In this document: in pieces, positions 60,701-64,000 of the stretch | Numbering within the stretch: the stretch's first letter is position 1 | Layout of the letters: every line of letters starts with the position of its first letter | DNA from: Bilabrum cf. latius | Taxonomy: Eukaryota | Direction of reading: 5' to 3' | Length of the DNA stretch: 64,000 bases | NCBI GenBank assembly: GCA_965178125.1 | Contig: OZ237762.1 | Location: 496,001-560,000, forward strand | Notes under the pieces: generated by a model | What the model saw: the letters and a program-made list of their open reading frames with translations, nothing else | The model's database searches: none | What the model was told of the DNA's origin: nothing | Translations under genes and position numbers: made by a program

Positions 60701-62271
60701 ACCTGCAGCTGTTTGCAGTGGTTGGGGCATTCCAGCAGCTGCCTCCATCAATGCTCGAAGGCGCTGGAGCTCTTCTCGAGGTAGCCACTGCGGTTTTTTC
60801 TGTGGGGTACAGCAACGCTGACTCGATCAAGTGCGTGCTGGCCGAGCTCGGGGATGCTGACAGATCGTCAGATCTTCTAAATGGCATTCCAGCGACACGA
60901 TCCGAGCCATTCCTGCTTCTGTGCATGTGGATAATTGTGCTAGCTTTGTTGGTTGTATGGGTGGCGCTGGTACAAGCTGCAATAATGTTTGTGACCGCAA
61001 CGTGCCTTGCTGAATCCTGCGGGTAGACAGTTGGGGGCAAGATAGCGTGGGTTCTAGGTATCTATACCAGCAGTGGTGCACCCCCTCCTCGAGACATCCA
61101 AACGACACCTGCTCAGTAGGGACCGAGGTCTCAAGGTGAACGTGTTTTCGTATCACCGCTTGCCGTTGAGGCGCATGGAGGCCTGGCTGAAGCTAGCAGC
61201 GCAAGTATTGCGAGTGTTAGCACAGCGCATTCAGTGCATCTCGATTTGTAGACGCATCCGGGCAGTACCATTGCTTTTGAGCCGCGCTGCTTGGATCGCT
61301 CTCTGCTTGGCATGACGGTGCTTCTACAGCTCGTGTATGTTTTCACAACCCAGGCTGCTTTGCGGCTGTTGCTTCCATACAGAACTCAGCAGCTGCCCAG
61401 CGCGGACGGGTCGTCTAGACTGGCTGCTGACCTGGACGTTGTAATGGGGGCAGCAGTAGCCATCGGTGGAGAGCAGATGAATAATTTGCAGCCGCTACTT
61501 GGCCTTGGTCTTGCTGTGCTACTGCTGTTTTCTGCTCTCGGTCCGACACTGGTCGCTGCCGGTATCTGCATGACCATGGAGACTAACGCGACAGTGACAT
61601 ACATCCTGTTCCCAATCACGGATGCATTGCACCCGCAGACCAGGTGGTGGGCGCCTGCTCAACTTGTATTCTCCAGTTTGCTGCTTGTTGCCGTTGGTGT
61701 TTCTTCCACTCTTTCACTCACTGTAAGTACCCAGGTTTTCCTGGTTTTCATAGTTGTGAAGCTGGCAGTAGAGATGCTCGTCGTACCGTACAAGCAACCG
61801 TTGGAGCTGTATGCACGTGCGCTGTCCCAAGTTTTAATTGTGTGTACCGTTGCTTGCATGGTGTGCAATCTCCTGTTGTAGCAGCAGGTAGAGGAAGGCG
61901 AGGCATCGCAAGGCAAGGGCTTTGTTGGTCTCGCGTGGCTTGCGGCCACATTAAACTTTCTGGCATTGTCGCTTGGCGGGCTATATATTCTTAGACGGGT
62001 CATATTGCTCGCTTGGAGTTACGCCAGCGCACTCTGCTGCGGCCGTGCCAGGCAGGGCTTGGTTGACTCTAGTCGGGCTACTACCGGGCCAACGGTTGCT
62101 GCCAGTACTATCGGGGCACAGTCCGGTCGTGCGCGACCAGATGAGTCTACCCAAATTGGAAATTCGCTGCGGAGTTTTGCTTGGTAGTCTTCTCCTACCC
62201 GTGGTTCAGACCATCGCAGCACAAATGGCCAGACTATGGGGGAGTCAACACTGGCTTCTGCTAGGGCTTGA
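54733..62271 (+). CDS. Giant single-exon receptor-like protein (2512 aa): signal peptide, 14 RCC1-like repeats, IPT/TIG-like domains, Cys-rich region, ~7 TM helices
   Basis: All ORF-track pieces from 54733 to 62187 share one frame and are separated only by TAG (about 23, hand count); the first TGA is at 62269. Repeats VVQVAAG..HTCALLEGGRLRCWG.G..GQLG recur mostly every 171 bp. IPT-like LRGKGFGP and VNGSGF; C..G..GTLCGGC..G; several hydrophobic helices. Confidence 0.85.
55957..58370 (+). repeat. 14 coding RCC1-like repeats (~171 bp / 57 aa period)
   Basis: RCWG motif counted 14 times between ~56024 and ~58320. Confidence 0.9.
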
Positions 62272-63475
62272 TCCTTATATTTGGTAAGGCTTGAGGCAGT
62301 ATGGACTACGTACCTTGTACAGGGCGTCGTCGGGGTTGAAAACGGTGGGCGATCAAGACGCTGTCGACCTCCAACAGCCGCATCGTAGCCTGTCGTCTAC
62401 TGGAGTCGGACCATCGAATTGGCGGCTGCTTACTGTTCTATGTACTCGGACATCAGGATTGAAGCGACGAGGAGCAGAGATGAGCCGTAAGACGAGGCGA
62501 GCGGAGGAGGGCAGGTGGAGAGGGACATGAGGGAGACACCGACACAGGGCGATGATAGTGCGGTGTCAACAGGGAGAACACAACGGGATGAAGGGGGCTC
62601 CAGGTGCCAGGCACAAGGGAGACGTGAGTGACAGCAAGCTGCATGGCCAGTAGCGCGCATAGGGCCAACAGGCAGGTGGATAGATGGTGCGAATGGCAGG
62701 TAGGCCAGGACCTGCAAGTACAAGCTAAGAGGATAGGGCCAAGGTGGCGTTGCAGGGAGCAAAGCACACGGTCCCTAGGGCGGTGAACAGAAACTGGAAA
62801 CCATATTGCGAACGAGGCCAGTCGTATGCATTCGGAAAGTGGCGTGTTCAATTGCAGTGAGCTGGAGAAGAACCAGTCGTTTGGGGTGAAGCCCAGTGGG
62901 TTCGCTGGACCGGGGGCAAAAATATTTCCTTTCAAGTGTAGGATACGATTCGGTCCGAGAGCAGGGCATGCAATCGAGCGAACCTGGACACATGCTATCT
63001 CCTTTGTTGGTGAGGCCAACAAGATCTCAAAGATTGAGGTCGCGCGTTGGGCGCAGGACCCGCTCGAGGTGTAGGCTCAGATGCGACTTGGCGACGCGGA
63101 AGAGAGAGAACGGTTGAGGAGGCCAGTCCAGTGAGGTACGAGCAGGAGCGGTGGCTAGGGGTGACGGTAGGGTCATCTGGTTGATCGGATGGATACGGCA
63201 TTAGGGATAGGAGGCACAGGCCAGGCAGGTAGACATGAGGGTGTTTGGGTGACGAGTGAATCGGATCTCAGGATCGGATCGCCCGATCACACCCGGACGT
63301 GGATGAGGAAGTTGGGAGGTCACCAATAGATTTGAGCGGCAATCGATACGCGTGCTCTTCGGGCGCTGAGGGGCAGCACTGGCAAGTTTTTTTTCTAGGT
63401 ACCTTTTGCTCGAACCATGGATCCAAGTATAGCACCGCAGCAGCGCACATCCGGATAGCGCGCACCCTGACACGA

Positions 63476-64000
63476 TTACGCCTCGCTCCCAAGCGATCGC
63501 ACCAGTGCCTGCATCAGATCGGTCGGAGCCACCGCCAGCCTGGGCCGGAACTCTGTGTCCACAATGTACAGCCGCTGCGCCTTGAGTCTCACAAAACCCT
63601 TCGCCACCGCCAAGAGACTGTCCGAGAGCCTGCACCTCCCCGCCAGCCAGCGCCTCTTTGTGCTGCGCTTCTGGCCCCTTTGCAGCACGCTCGCCATGCG
63701 GTTTACCTGGCCACTCGTCACACTCCCATGCACGCCCTCATGCATGGTGCGGACTCTGCTCCTGGGACTGCCACCGCCGCCGGGGGAGCTTGCATCGCTC
63801 ACCGAATCGTACTCGAGACCTTGGGGGTCCTGCCCCGGGCCTCTCCCAGCTTTCGATGATACCGCGCCTGCGCCCGCCCTTGTCTCCGCATCCCTCTTCG
63901 GCGTTGCAAGAAACTCGCCTGCTCCATCGGCGGTTGCACTCGCCCGAGTGCTCCGCATGCCCTTGCCGGCGTCCTCAGGCAATCTCTGGGCGAATGGCAG
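63476..64000 (-). CDS. 3' end of a gene running off the window; C-terminal CBS-domain-like segment
   Basis: DSLLAVAKGFVRLKAQRLYIVDTEFRPRLAVAPTDLMQAL resembles a CBS repeat. Ends in TAA at 63476. Confidence 0.45.
   Translation of the reverse strand: MPFAQRLPEDAGKGMRSTRASATADGAGEFLATPKRDAETRAGAGAVSSKAGRGPGQDPQGLEYDSVSDASSPGGGGSPRSRVRTMHEGVHGSVTSGQVNRMASVLQRGQKRSTKRRWLAGRCRLSDSLLAVAKGFVRLKAQRLYIVDTEFRPRLAVAPTDLMQALVRSLGSEA

Noticed and set aside
54733-62271. In-frame TAGs as pseudogene lesions or sequencing errors
   Set aside because: Decay would also give TAA, TGA and frameshifts. Only TAG occurs, across many unrelated genes, and preferentially at Gln positions.
1-64000. tRNA-Gln(CUA), other RNA genes, or a prokaryotic/viral origin of the window
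   Set aside because: No tRNA or rRNA was recognisable by eye. Spliceosomal introns and LINEs indicate a eukaryotic nuclear chromosome.

Overview
GC-rich nuclear DNA of a eukaryote (GT-AG introns, non-LTR retrotransposons). A Shemin-pathway ALA synthase suggests a heterotrophic protist; a bicosoecid/stramenopile-like identity is only an impression. The main result is a non-standard genetic code: TAG is a sense codon, most likely Gln, while TAA and TGA remain stops. Read this way, the fragmented ORF track joins into long intact genes. These include a 2512-aa RCC1-repeat/IPT/multi-TM receptor with about 23 in-frame TAGs and no in-frame TAA/TGA, an OSCA/TMEM63-like channel carrying a SUEL-lectin-like domain, a GH56 hyaluronidase, an FG-GAP single-pass membrane protein and a PH-domain protein. 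There is also an intron-containing NDQ-motif (KR2-like, putative Na+-pumping) rhodopsin. Ten minus-strand paralogs of an unrecognised family appear, each with conserved N- and C-terminal motifs joined by a long variable linker. Other content: an aldo-keto reductase, a decaying ALA synthase copy inside a block flanked by ~880-bp direct repeats, two LINE families with octamer tails whose ORFs also contain TAG, a TIR-bounded element, and a stack of 3'-coterminal repeats at a (TC)n site. All translations and alignments were done by eye.
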